Shown here: positions 41,201 to 50,112 of the stretch, in pieces | How positions within the stretch are numbered: position 1 is the first letter of the stretch | Layout of the letters: each line of letters opens with the position of its first letter | DNA from: a virus | Length of the DNA: 64,000 nt | Reading direction: 5' to 3' (one strand) | Virus record (IMG/VR): IMGVR_UViG_3300042260_000713 | Span: 1-64,000 of that record | The notes under the pieces: generated by a model | The model's database searches: none | Seen by the model: only the letters and a program-made list of their open reading frames with translations | What the model was told of the DNA's origin: nothing | Position numbers and translations under genes: made by a program

Positions 41201-42213
41201 GTGGCGACCACGCCGCTGCGGCCGGACCACATGCGCTTGGCCTTCCAGATCGATCCCAGTGCCACCGGATCATCGACCGGATCGATCCGCTGGTCGCCGC
41301 TGGTGCCCCGTGGTTTGGTGGTGATCTGCCGGGTGGGCTGTAGCTGGGGATTGACCCGCAGGCCAAGGCCATTGCCGATGGTGGCGTAGAGCCCGCAGGC
41401 GGTGGAGCTGCTGGGGCGAGCGGTTGCGCAGGCATCGGGGCGGATCACACCGCCAGTGCTGCGCACCTGGAAGACATCGGCGCCGCCGGCGTTCTCCATG
41501 TTGCCGCTGTCGTTGGCGGCAAGGCGGCCGGCAATGCGATCGGTGGAGCGGATCCGCCCGCCACCCAGGCGGCTGTAGATGGTGACGCGGGCGGCGGCCT
41601 CATTGGCGCCGGCGGTGCCGAGGTCGTAGGAGCGGAGGGGGTTGTTGCCGATGGCAAAGCCATCCGGATCGATCTCCGCCATCGGGCCCTCGCCCAGCAT
41701 GTAGACCCCGCGGAAGAGCTGGCCGCCGTCAACGGCGACCAGTTGGGACCAGAGGAGCTCCAGATCGACGCGGCAGCCGCCGTACCAGCCAGCAGGCCGG
41801 CCATTCAGGGCCGGCAGGTATTCGCGCCGGGCAAAGGTGATGGGAATGACGCTGCCGAGCCGCGCCACCTCCTGGGTGGAGTCGAAGCCGGGCCGTGGGG
41901 CGTAACGCGCGCCACTGGTGATGTTGTCAGCCCGGTCGGCCTTGGTGATGAACCGTCCGGGCCGCCTGGGCTTGGGTGCCAGCAGGGTGGACAGCACCGT
42001 GTAGCCCACCGAGAGGATGGTGGTGACCAGCGAGATGATCGCCATCGTGGCTGCGGGGGTTGGTCCGCAGGTGGCGAGGGGCGGGTTGCGTTCCATCTCG
42101 ATCGCCGCGGCCTGCTGCCGTTCGATCTGGTAGCGCAGCAGCTGGTCTTCGCTCCAACCGAGCAGTTCCGCCAGGTAGGCGTCGCCAGGGAGGGGTCGGG
42201 GGTGGCGCGTCAC
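38254..42213 (-). CDS. Large tail-tip protein (gpJ-like by size and position)
   Basis: About 1320 aa, directly after the NlpC/P60 gene. Proposed GTG start at 42213 in a GTGA overlap; alternatives are ATG 42096 or 42045. Confidence 0.6.
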   Translation of the reverse strand: MTRHPRPLPGDAYLAELLGWSEDQLLRYQIERQQAAAIEMERNPPLATCGPTPAATMAIISLVTTILSVGYTVLSTLLAPKPRRPGRFITKADRADNITSGARYAPRPGFDSTQEVARLGSVIPITFARREYLPALNGRPAGWYGGCRVDLELLWSQLVAVDGGQLFRGVYMLGEGPMAEIDPDGFAIGNNPLRSYDLGTAGANEAAARVTIYSRLGGGRIRSTDRIAGRLAANDSGNMENAGGADVFQVRSTGGVIRPDACATARPSSSTACGLYATIGNGLGLRVNPQLQPTRQITTKPRGTSGDQRIDPVDDPVALGSIWKAKRMWSGRSGVVATSTGVTSGMAALPVGATFDYLLSKSSDANTKLKFDKDNTDSKVKHTETCSDVAAAISARQRSADDALRVGELFKAGSALAVLEQRTPSDASFLSNADNEPVGDGQNITARFRVVRAGTVYVTPDSKIDPAGTGTKQYPEQVGPDQEWDWAAMDSGPRYETGTSRPHLHRCAIADFTLTKPARMIEIGLRSTLGIRASGFANLRKCPTLREINRLAGGEREGETLKAGEKLKVSQFQGAVINVPEERYAFVRLSYRPEGQAAFVELPTIYGVRGLTQQAQTNALQLELPAGARCAQIRMEPLSGWEIRSGTATGLLAVLDSRMTTLRTVVDGGCTVRYLGKAPFERSQQRFALSSIEPDLRSSLAGVTTTTAAVGATPGVYTNVQVLQGGIDLGGRVTVTVPSGGGFNSSHITVTKPGSGYEAEEPITLANGNPGGSAPFPVIARRSFKVQIAPADPYSLDYNRFAMVEDGEPPPRLGTEVKLSTTGTLPGGLDTSTTYVVVSKTAETEFTLGLTAGGSPVTITSLGSGEITATQTRGPTTNWAGTIILGKTDLGLGWSDGEALTDPWGKLAEAFIYDEIQTTASQGPEHEIGFVNIIQTNSTAPTYQNIALVGQSIRSALEFQSVSQLSAQIIGGHICPRYIEASSGPTHLLPDIFSRLALSERFGAGQDVSAEQINTASFLAAAQWCFERRYFFDGTLPEPENLRQWAADQASLHLLAFYELNGQFYFKPALSFEPVPIVDLFTAANIKKGTFQSTTSDDDQRRPIQVSGLYREERSNDDLLSPGVFSTVREITIREASASDSDPVEPLDMKASCTNRWHLIDAAKLLIRWRRLVGDPISFETTYAGMLRPIAPEDHIAVAYDEELNDLWSNGAVLPDGTLVASEPLEDGSYQVLAWDGTTAPGPTIQTLTVSGGGTRGNLLGTQWTRTAPPQVRTFRVMRVTPTDDGRQKIEAVLMPTNEQGRQLLSLDWDSPSAWVIRG

Positions 42214-42659
42214 AGGATCAGGATGGGCGCGGTGGTCGAGGGGGGCGGCGGCAGGAAGTGAAACCAGCGCCGCACCTGGCAGGCCGCCAACGGCCGCCAG
42301 TGCACGCCCTGGCCCTGGCAGGTGGTGAGGATTCCACCGGCCACGCACACTCCCAGCGCAATCGGTTCACCGCCAGTGAGCAGCGCCACATCGAGGTGCA
42401 TGCCGCCGGGCACCGGGGTGGAGACGGCGGCGAGCTCCTCGAGCAGTGGCCCCCAGCGGCACCGGCCAGCTGCCTGATACCACTCCCGCTTGATCAGCGG
42501 CGGGCGGGGGGCGTCATAGAGGCCCAGCACGGCGATGGTGAGGCGCAGGCAGTCGGTGGCGCCATGGCGATCGGGATCTCCACCCCAGCGGTAGGGGAGG
42601 CCCATGTACCGCACCCAGGGAGCGGTCTGTGAGGCGTTGGCTGAGGCGTTGGGCATCAT
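42210..42659 (-). CDS. NlpC/P60-family tail protein (lambda gpK-like)
   Basis: GLPYRWGGDPDRHGATDCLRL is the NlpC/P60 catalytic Cys motif. Lies between the minor tail gene and the J-like gene. Confidence 0.65.
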   Translation of the reverse strand: MMPNASANASQTAPWVRYMGLPYRWGGDPDRHGATDCLRLTIAVLGLYDAPRPPLIKREWYQAAGRCRWGPLLEELAAVSTPVPGGMHLDVALLTGGEPIALGVCVAGGILTTCQGQGVHWRPLAACQVRRWFHFLPPPPSTTAPILIL

Positions 42660-43120
42660 GCGATGAAGATGGAGCCAGTGTCTGGCAGCTGGCCCACCAG
42701 CTCTGTTGTGAGGCGGCGGCGGGGCGCATCACCACGGATGGCATCCAGCGGTGATGTGAGGGTGACCTTGATGTACTCGCGCCGCTCGATCGGGCCAAGC
42801 CGCCAGAGGTGCCGGGACAGCAGGCGGACATCGGTGCCGGCGGCCACATCGCAGAGCACCACATCGGCGCGAAGTTTCCAGCGGTTGGCGCGGGCCTCGG
42901 CGAGGACATTCAGCGCCAGCTGGTTGCGGTTCATCGCCAGCCGGCCCTCGGAGCGATCACCACCGCGGGCACCGGCCGAATCGGAGATCCGGAAACCCAT
43001 CGAGGTATGCGGCCGGCCGTCGTAGGTGCGGGTCTGGCCAGTGAAGAGGTTCTGCCAGGCGTAACCGGGCACCGGCGCGCCATTGGCCTGGAAGGAGATG
43101 TAGGCACAGATGGCGATCAT
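42656..43120 (-). CDS. Minor tail protein (position-based)
   Basis: About 154 aa. ATG at 43120 overlaps the tape-measure stop (TGATG). Confidence 0.5.
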   Translation of the reverse strand: MIAICAYISFQANGAPVPGYAWQNLFTGQTRTYDGRPHTSMGFRISDSAGARGGDRSEGRLAMNRNQLALNVLAEARANRWKLRADVVLCDVAAGTDVRLLSRHLWRLGPIERREYIKVTLTSPLDAIRGDAPRRRLTTELVGQLPDTGSIFIA

Positions 43121-46100
43121 CAACCCAGGCCCACGCTGCGCTGGATGGAGGGGTTGTTGCGCAGGTCGTTGTAGACCGCATCGCGGCTGGCTGCAGCGGC
43201 TGCGGCGGCGGCCTGGTGCACCTGCTCAACCGTGGCGTATTCCACGCCGTTGATCACCGTTGTCTCCACCTTGAGCCGCAGCGCCTTGGAGGGGGCCATG
43301 GCGCTGGGGGGGGCGCCACCAGGGCCAGACCCTGCCATGCCACCCCCGGCAGGAGATGACTTGAGGAAGGGAATCGGCGGCGCGGCTCGGCCGCCAGCAC
43401 TCTGGTTGGGCCCGGGGGCCATGAAGGGGATGCCGAGCGAATCGCCACCACCGTCCGCCACCTCAGCGCCGCCGCCTGGGCTGCGCTGGAACGGCACTCC
43501 CAACGCTTTGGTGAGCGCCCGGTTGCTGTAGACCTTGCCGCCGGCCTTGTTGAACCGCACGATCTCCGCATTTTTCTCGCCCACCAGGTAGTCGAGGCCG
43601 TACTGGATATCCCCCCCACCTGCAAAGCCCGGGGTGTAGCTCAGACCCATGCTGCCCACGTCCAGCATGGGGCCAGCAACGAAATCAGGGCCCGAAATCA
43701 CGCTGTCGAAAGCAAACCCAGAAGCCAGATCCAGGCCCCCACCGAGGCCAGCAAAGCCGCTGATCAGGCTGGGGATCTTGCTGGCCAAGGTGCCCCACAC
43801 ATTGGCGCTGTCGCCCACGGCCGCAGCGCCGGATGCACCGGCTGCCGCTGCCACCGCTGCACCAGCATTCGCCACCTGCACCGCCGCGGCCTGGTGGGCG
43901 CTTGCAGCGTTCTGGTGCGCCGCTGCGGCCATCTGCAGTGCTCTGCCCTGGATGTCGATCCCGGTGAAAGCCTTCACGATCCCGCCCTGCAGCTGGGACA
44001 GCAGCGGGTTGAGGAGTGCGTCCAGCGTGGCCTGCATCAGCGTCTGCCCCGCCTGCGCCAGCGCGCTGCTCACCGCTGCCTTCACATCACCTCCAGTGAG
44101 CAGGGCCTGCAGGGCACCGGAAATGGAGCCGCTGATGCTGCCGCTCACCGCGTCGCCGGTGGAGATCGCCAGCCGACCCTCAGGAGTTCGCATCACCTCG
44201 GCAGTGAGCTGGGCCTTTGTTCTCTCGTAGGCCAGCTGTGCGCGCTCTGCCAGCTGCTGCTCGGTGAGGTTTTCTTCCTTCACGCTGAACAGGTTGTCCA
44301 GATCCTTGATGGCCTGGGTGAGGTCTTCCATCTGCTTGCCCAGCCGCGTTTCGGCAGAATCCACGTCCTTGAGGCTCTGCTGCAGCGCTTCTGCCTGGTT
44401 GGCGGTGCTGGGTGCCACAACGCCCCCGACGGCGGCAACGGTGCTGGCAACTGAGCCAGCAGCAGGCAGGAACTTGCGGGCCTCCAGCTGGATGGCATCC
44501 GCTTGTGCCTGAGATCCCCCAGGGAGAGATGGCCAGGTTCCTTGACGCAGGATCGCGTCGGCCTGATCAAACCTGCCGGCCGCAATGTGGTCATAGGCAA
44601 CAGGGCGGTGCTTTTTGATCCATGCCGCCACGGCTTTTGCTGACTCAGCATAGTTTGCTGATCGCGAGTTCATCCCACCTGATGCAGCGGTCGCCTCTTG
44701 ATGGAAGGCATTCTTGGTTTGGAAATATCCCTGTGCGCCGCTGCCTTCTGCGTTGGGCACGTTTCTGATTCGTGTCTCCAGGTAGCTGAGTCGCTTCAAA
44801 TAGCCCGCCAGGTTTGCCTCCGCAGGCGCCGCCGGCAGGATCGGCGCAGGAGGGGCACCGACACTGGAACCACCGGCCTGGCCCTGCACCTTCCCTGTAA
44901 CCAGAAGGTCAGCACTGCGACGGGCGGCCGCTGTTTCTGCATTGCGCTGCAGAGCCCCATTTGTTCCTGGGCTATTGATGTCAACACTGTTATGTGGGCC
45001 AGACGTGCGGCCTGAAGCATCAAAGCGGCCCAGCACCTGGCCCCCGACCACTTGCTGGCCGACTTTCACTAATGCCGTCATGTGGCTATAGGTAGCCTCT
45101 AGCTTGTTGCCGAGATCGTCAATGAACTCAATAACTGTGTAGTTTCCGTTGTTGCCTGCTCTGCTTATTTCGGTCACCACGCCATTGTGGTAGCTGAAGA
45201 TTTCGTTGTTTCGCCCTACTGGCATGTCTGCCCCGTTTTGCCCGGAGGCATCCAGCCGGCCAGTGATGGAGCCCGGAAGCCGTGCAACCCCTGCCAGCGC
45301 TGGCACGCTGCTGGACCCTGCCAGCCGTGGGGCGATCTCATCCTTCATCTGGCCCAGCCTGAGCCGGCCCAGCTCTGCCGTCAGTCTCGCTCTTTCGATG
45401 GCTATATCAACCTTCTGCCGTTCCATCGCTATTTTTTCGCTTCGCAGTTTGATTTCCTCAATCTTGTGCTGCACCTCCAGCTGCTTCTGCGCCAGCTGGT
45501 GCTCGCGGGCCATCTGCTGTTCCTTGGCGTCGAACAGCCGTTGCTGCACCGCCGCCGCTGATTCCATCCCGCTCACGCCGGCCGCGGCCGCTGCGATCTG
45601 TGCCTCGATCACCGCCGCAGTGCCGCCGCCGCTGCGGGCCCGGTCCTGCAGCTCCTGCACTTCCGCAAGGCGCTCGGCGGCCTGCACCGCGGCTTTCTCG
45701 CGCGTCATGGCCAACTCGGCCTGGGCCTCCTCCAGCCGGCGCTGGCGCTCGAGGAGGGTGTTCTGCCGGTTGATCTCTTCGCTCTGGTCCTCCAGCTCTC
45801 GCCGCTTGGCGTTCTCCTTGTTGACGATCTCGTCGAGCATGTTCGAGATGTTCTGCTCCGCCTCGCTGATCTCGGCCAGCAGCTGCTGCTGCTCACGGGT
45901 GTACTGGGCCTGCTGGCCCTGGATGTCGAGCTGCTGCTCCTGCAGACCCAGGCGCTGTGCCTCCAGGCCGTTGATGGTGCCCAGCTGGCCCTCGGCCTCG
46001 AATGCCAGCTGCACGGCCCGCCGGCTGCCCTCCAGCTTGGCGTTGATGCGGGTCAGCTCGGCAGCATTGATGCTGAGCAGCTCTTGATTCTTGCCCCATT

Positions 46101-48294
46101 CCGCGCTGTAGAGGGGGGTGTTTTTCTGACTGCGCAGCAAGGCGTCGCGCTCCTTCTGCGCTTTCACCTGTTCGGCTGTAGCCTCAGCCAGCTGGATCTT
46201 GAGCTGCTCCTGCTGAATCTTGATCTGCTTCTCCTGGATCAGCATCTGCCGCTGCTGCAGCTCCCTCTCGGTCTGGAGGATCCCCCGCCGCTCGGCAATC
46301 GCTTCTTTCTCCTGCCTGAGCTTCAGGTCAGCCAGGCGGGCCTCTGCAGTGGCCTTGGCCTCCGGGCTGAAAGCCACCTGCACGCCCAGCTCGTAGCCAC
46401 GAGCCTCCAGGGCGCGGCGAGAAGCGGCAACAGCGCTCATTGCCTCGGCAACTTCCCGCTGCTTGTTCATCAGGGTGAGGCCCTGCTCCAGCGCCTTGAT
46501 TTCGTTCTGATAGGCCTTCTGCTTGATCTCTGACCACTCCTTGGAGATGTTCAACGCCCGGGTTGCCCCCGATCCAAGTCGCTGTTCTCTGGCTTCAATC
46601 CGCTCCAACACATCAGCCGGCAGTTGGAGGCTGCGCAGCTCCACTGGCTCGGCAAGGTTGGTTTGCCGGTTGAAGTTCTCTCTGAAGTTGAGCTGGGCTT
46701 CCTGAATCTCCTTCTCTGATGCACCGTCTGCCGTCATTGCGGCGCGCATCGTGAACAGTCGAAAGTTCAGCACTGCTTGCGCCCACTTCTTGTTAAAGCT
46801 GTCGATTGCTTTGCCGGCGGTTTCCGCGCCTTCTATCAGTCTGTCAAAAAATGTATTGACGCCATCAACATCAGCGTCGCCACTGGCGTTAAACAGCGCC
46901 TTGATCGGAGAGATTGCTCCACCGATTAGATTGGCGATGTTTTCCCACCCCTTGGCAATCAATTCGACAAATCTGGCGATTGTAACCAGGACCGGTTGAA
47001 GGACAAAACCCAGCGCGGCCGTGGCCACACCTACGACATCCATGATCACTCGACCGACCGATGAGGCGATGGCACCGATGGATGTCAGAACTGAGATAAC
47101 GGGGCCAAACACCTTGATGATCGGCCCAACAGCCTCGGCGATGCTCTTAAAGAACCCACTGAAGCTGCCCTGCAGATTCTTGAAGGTCACCAGGATGGTC
47201 TGCATCATGCTCGCCGTGTCTCGCTCCAGGGGTTGGCCTGCCTCGGAGGAGATTGCCTGGTTCACATCGTCAAAGTTGCTCTTCACGTTTTCGAGGCTCA
47301 GCGCCAGCACCTTCTGGCCCTCGTAGAGCTTCTCCAACTTCCCCATCAGAAAGTCGTAGTAAGTGCCCTTGGCTTGCTGCTGTCGCACGTCGTCGTTCGT
47401 GATGCCTAGCTTTTTGGCCAGCATCGCATCAGGTCCGATATTCCCCATCAGCAGAGCGTTTGCCTCCTGCCGCAGTTGGAAAGTAGGGATATTGAGAGTG
47501 TTCATACCGGCGGCCAGCCTGGTGGCCAGCTTGGCCGAGTTTTCCATGGTGCCCTTTTCCCCTAGCGCACTGACGTTCTGGAGGATGATGTTGAAGCCGT
47601 CGTAGATCTCGCTGGCGGTGGCACCGCTGATGTTGGCCACCTCCTTCTGGATACCCTGGTATTCCTTCAGGATCGCACCGCGCACCATCTGCATCTGGCG
47701 GGCGGTGCCTTCCACCAACTTCCCGTCGGGCCCGAGGATCGCAAACGACTGCGCCGCGAAGATCCCCGCCTCCGCCACCTGCTTGTTGAGCCGGCCGGCC
47801 TCAGCCGAAAGCTGCTGCAGCGGGGCCAGCACGGCGTTGACCGCGCCCTGCAGCCCCCCGAAAATCGCCTGCAAGCCAGTGGCGGCCAGGCCCAACTGGC
47901 CCAGGATCGGTATCGCCCTGCCGGCCATCCCAAGCATCCCGGCCAGGGCATTGGTCGCGCCACCAAAGCCACCGCTGCCGCCAGCTGCTGCTGCCGCCTG
48001 GCTGGCGCCGCGCAGCTGCTGCGAGAGCATGGTGAAGGCCTCGCCATCGCCCTGCACGCCGCGGCGCAAGGCCTCCATGGTTGCGGCCAGGCCTTGATAG
48101 CCGCGCTGCGTTTCCGGCGGCGGCGGCTTGGGGGCCGGGATATTTGGAGCCGGGATATTCGCGCCCCGCTTCTCCATCTCGGCGATCACCGCCCGCATGC
48201 GCGCCAGGTCGCGCTCCAGCGGCTGCATGTCGCCGCGCAGGGTCAGCGTGGCTGTGCCCAGGCTGTATTCGCCGCCGCCGCCGCTCTGCGTCAA
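43120..48294 (-). CDS. Tape measure protein with SLT-like and M23 peptidase domains
   Basis: 1724 aa with long coiled-coil and Ala/Gly-rich segments. M23: GRNNEIFSYHNGVVTEI...ATYSHMTALVKVGQQVVGGQVLGRFDASGRTSGPH. SLT-like: YLETRIRNVPNAEGSGAQGYFQ. TTG start is uncertain. Confidence 0.85.
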   Translation of the reverse strand: MTQSGGGGEYSLGTATLTLRGDMQPLERDLARMRAVIAEMEKRGANIPAPNIPAPKPPPPETQRGYQGLAATMEALRRGVQGDGEAFTMLSQQLRGASQAAAAAGGSGGFGGATNALAGMLGMAGRAIPILGQLGLAATGLQAIFGGLQGAVNAVLAPLQQLSAEAGRLNKQVAEAGIFAAQSFAILGPDGKLVEGTARQMQMVRGAILKEYQGIQKEVANISGATASEIYDGFNIILQNVSALGEKGTMENSAKLATRLAAGMNTLNIPTFQLRQEANALLMGNIGPDAMLAKKLGITNDDVRQQQAKGTYYDFLMGKLEKLYEGQKVLALSLENVKSNFDDVNQAISSEAGQPLERDTASMMQTILVTFKNLQGSFSGFFKSIAEAVGPIIKVFGPVISVLTSIGAIASSVGRVIMDVVGVATAALGFVLQPVLVTIARFVELIAKGWENIANLIGGAISPIKALFNASGDADVDGVNTFFDRLIEGAETAGKAIDSFNKKWAQAVLNFRLFTMRAAMTADGASEKEIQEAQLNFRENFNRQTNLAEPVELRSLQLPADVLERIEAREQRLGSGATRALNISKEWSEIKQKAYQNEIKALEQGLTLMNKQREVAEAMSAVAASRRALEARGYELGVQVAFSPEAKATAEARLADLKLRQEKEAIAERRGILQTERELQQRQMLIQEKQIKIQQEQLKIQLAEATAEQVKAQKERDALLRSQKNTPLYSAEWGKNQELLSINAAELTRINAKLEGSRRAVQLAFEAEGQLGTINGLEAQRLGLQEQQLDIQGQQAQYTREQQQLLAEISEAEQNISNMLDEIVNKENAKRRELEDQSEEINRQNTLLERQRRLEEAQAELAMTREKAAVQAAERLAEVQELQDRARSGGGTAAVIEAQIAAAAAGVSGMESAAAVQQRLFDAKEQQMAREHQLAQKQLEVQHKIEEIKLRSEKIAMERQKVDIAIERARLTAELGRLRLGQMKDEIAPRLAGSSSVPALAGVARLPGSITGRLDASGQNGADMPVGRNNEIFSYHNGVVTEISRAGNNGNYTVIEFIDDLGNKLEATYSHMTALVKVGQQVVGGQVLGRFDASGRTSGPHNSVDINSPGTNGALQRNAETAAARRSADLLVTGKVQGQAGGSSVGAPPAPILPAAPAEANLAGYLKRLSYLETRIRNVPNAEGSGAQGYFQTKNAFHQEATAASGGMNSRSANYAESAKAVAAWIKKHRPVAYDHIAAGRFDQADAILRQGTWPSLPGGSQAQADAIQLEARKFLPAAGSVASTVAAVGGVVAPSTANQAEALQQSLKDVDSAETRLGKQMEDLTQAIKDLDNLFSVKEENLTEQQLAERAQLAYERTKAQLTAEVMRTPEGRLAISTGDAVSGSISGSISGALQALLTGGDVKAAVSSALAQAGQTLMQATLDALLNPLLSQLQGGIVKAFTGIDIQGRALQMAAAAHQNAASAHQAAAVQVANAGAAVAAAAGASGAAAVGDSANVWGTLASKIPSLISGFAGLGGGLDLASGFAFDSVISGPDFVAGPMLDVGSMGLSYTPGFAGGGDIQYGLDYLVGEKNAEIVRFNKAGGKVYSNRALTKALGVPFQRSPGGGAEVADGGGDSLGIPFMAPGPNQSAGGRAAPPIPFLKSSPAGGGMAGSGPGGAPPSAMAPSKALRLKVETTVINGVEYATVEQVHQAAAAAAAASRDAVYNDLRNNPSIQRSVGLG

Positions 48295-48336
48295 ACCGGA
48301 TCATCACCGCTTGGCGTCAGTCTGGCGCCGGGCTGG

Positions 48337-49388
48337 TCAGTAGCCAGAGCGCTGCAGCTCCTCGTGGGCCACCACCAGCACCCTCGGCGGCATCTGGTTG
48401 TTGGTGAGCAGCCAGCGGATCGTGGCGGCCGTCTCCTGGGTGATGCGGGCGTTCTTGCCCGGGGCGTCGGTGAGCCTGAACGGCAGGAACTGCTCCTCGC
48501 TGCGGCCCTTGTTGCCCAGGCCTGGGAAGGCAGCGATCTCCACCATCGAGGCCAGCCGCGCCATGGTGGTGCTGAGCTCGTTGGTGCGCTTGGCCTTCTC
48601 CTTCAGGGCCCAGGCGTAGGCCTTGAGCACCGCATCCACCGGCTGATAGGCAAACCGCTCGGCATGCCAGCGGGGATCCTGCGTCAGCCCGCTGGTGAGG
48701 ATCAGCTGGATCTCGTCCCAGTCGGTGGGGGCAGTCTTGAGGTAGGCCTCTACGCGGGCGCGGTGCTCGTCGCGGCTGAGCTGTTCTTCCGGCCTCGGGG
48801 CTTCGGCGCCGTCTTCGGCGCCGGCGGCTTTCCCCCCGCCGTCATCGCCGCCTTCTCATCGATCAGGAACTGCTGCAGCTCGTTGATCAGATCGGCCGGC
48901 ATTTTTCTGGTGTCGTCCACGCTCCAGGTGGCCGGCTCCAGCTTCACCCAGTCCTGGGTGTCGGGGTCGAGGTAGTCGCCGCGGCCGATCAGCAGGGTGG
49001 TGACGAGGACCTTCTTCTGATCGTCCATGGTGGCCTGGGACGAGAGGAAGGTGATCAGCCGCTGCGGGTCGGAGTTGAGCAGCCCGAAGGCTTGCAGGGT
49101 GCCCTGCAGCGAATCCGGATCGTTGGGGTTGGCCACCCTGGAGAGATCTTGGATCAGCTTGTCCACCTCCTCGATGGGCATGCCGGTGTCTTTGGCGATG
49201 CCATCGGCCAGGCGGTAGAAGCTGCCGAGGGAAACGCAGCGCTCCCGGTCGTGCTGTTCCATCAGCTCCGCTTCCCCCTGGAGCACCTTGCCATAGACGG
49301 CGAGGCGGAACACACCGCCGATGATCTTGTGGCCGAGGCGGATCGACGCCAGAAGGCGACTGGCTACGGTGCCCGCTGGAACGGTCAT
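48337..49388 (-). CDS. Tail assembly chaperone -1 frameshift fusion (gpGT-like)
   Basis: After G GGG GGA (48837-48831) the -1 frame reads KAAGAEDGAEAPRPEEQLSRDEHRARVEAYLKTAPTDWDEIQLILTSGLTQDPRWHAERFAYQPVDAVLKAYAWALKEK... with no stop until 48337. Confidence 0.6.
48750..49388 (-). CDS. Tail assembly chaperone (gpG-like, frame 0 product)
   Basis: 212-aa ORF immediately upstream of the tape measure. Contains a slippery heptamer near its 3' end. Confidence 0.65.
   Translation of the reverse strand: MTVPAGTVASRLLASIRLGHKIIGGVFRLAVYGKVLQGEAELMEQHDRERCVSLGSFYRLADGIAKDTGMPIEEVDKLIQDLSRVANPNDPDSLQGTLQAFGLLNSDPQRLITFLSSQATMDDQKKVLVTTLLIGRGDYLDPDTQDWVKLEPATWSVDDTRKMPADLINELQQFLIDEKAAMTAGGKPPAPKTAPKPRGRKNSSAATSTAPA
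48831..48837 (-). promoter_or_regulatory. Candidate -1 programmed frameshift slippery heptamer G GGG GGA
   Basis: The minus strand reads ACG GCG GGG GGA AAG, an X XXY YYZ pattern in the zero frame of the chaperone gene. Confidence 0.55.
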
Positions 49389-49633
49389 GTGAGAGGCCGG
49401 ATGGCCGCACGGATCTGGAAGCCAACGTAGCGCTGGCCCTGGTTCAGGACATCCTCCGGCAGGGTCAGCCAGAACTCAGCGCCGCCCTGGGGCGGGGTGA
49501 CGAGCACCTCGGCATCAGTGGCGCCGGCCTCCACCACCAGCATGCCCACCGTGAGCTCGCTGGGGGTGTCGGGCCCCCGGCAGTCGATCGCCACCACGTT
49601 CTGCATGGGGGTGAGCAGCAGGCGGTGGAACAT
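49385..49633 (-). CDS. Hypothetical tail-module protein
   Basis: ATG at 49633 (MFHRLLLTPMQN...). ATGA overlap with the chaperone start. Confidence 0.45.
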   Translation of the reverse strand: MFHRLLLTPMQNVVAIDCRGPDTPSELTVGMLVVEAGATDAEVLVTPPQGGAEFWLTLPEDVLNQGQRYVGFQIRAAIRPLT

Positions 49634-49750
49634 GGGTCTGGGCCGGGGCAGATACAGCAAAGCCCCAGCCGAAGCCGGGGCCTGCCTGCATCATGGCGAT
49701 GACTTGGCCCGATGCCGAAACAGAGCGGGAACTGCGACAGGATACCGTGC

Positions 49751-50035
49751 TCATTCCTGCCGGCGCAGATCATCCTGAGCAGCCTCGGCCATGGCTGCTC
49801 CAAAGGCGTTGATTGCAGCGGTTGCCCGCTGGACAACAGGCATCAGGGCCTTGGCCATGGCGATCCCGGCTTGCTGGATTGCGGCAACGGCCTGGGCCAG
49901 TTGCGTTGGAGTTGGCGGCTTGTAGGGCCACCAGCGATCCCAACGAACATCGCCCCAGGTGTCTTCATCGCCGTTGCTCCAAGCGATCCGGCCGATCCGG
50001 CCGCCAGTGGGGGTGAAAGAGAAGAATGTGGTCAT
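49751..50035 (-). CDS. Hypothetical protein
   Basis: Internal ATG at 50035 (MTTFFSFTPTGGRIGRIAWSNGDEDTWGDVRWDRWW...). Confidence 0.45.
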   Translation of the reverse strand: MTTFFSFTPTGGRIGRIAWSNGDEDTWGDVRWDRWWPYKPPTPTQLAQAVAAIQQAGIAMAKALMPVVQRATAAINAFGAAMAEAAQDDLRRQE

Positions 50036-50112
50036 GGGGAGTTGCGAGGGAACGGATCGGACGGATCGGGGGGATGTGGCCCGGGACTGCCCGGGCCCTG
50101 CTGCAGGGAAGC

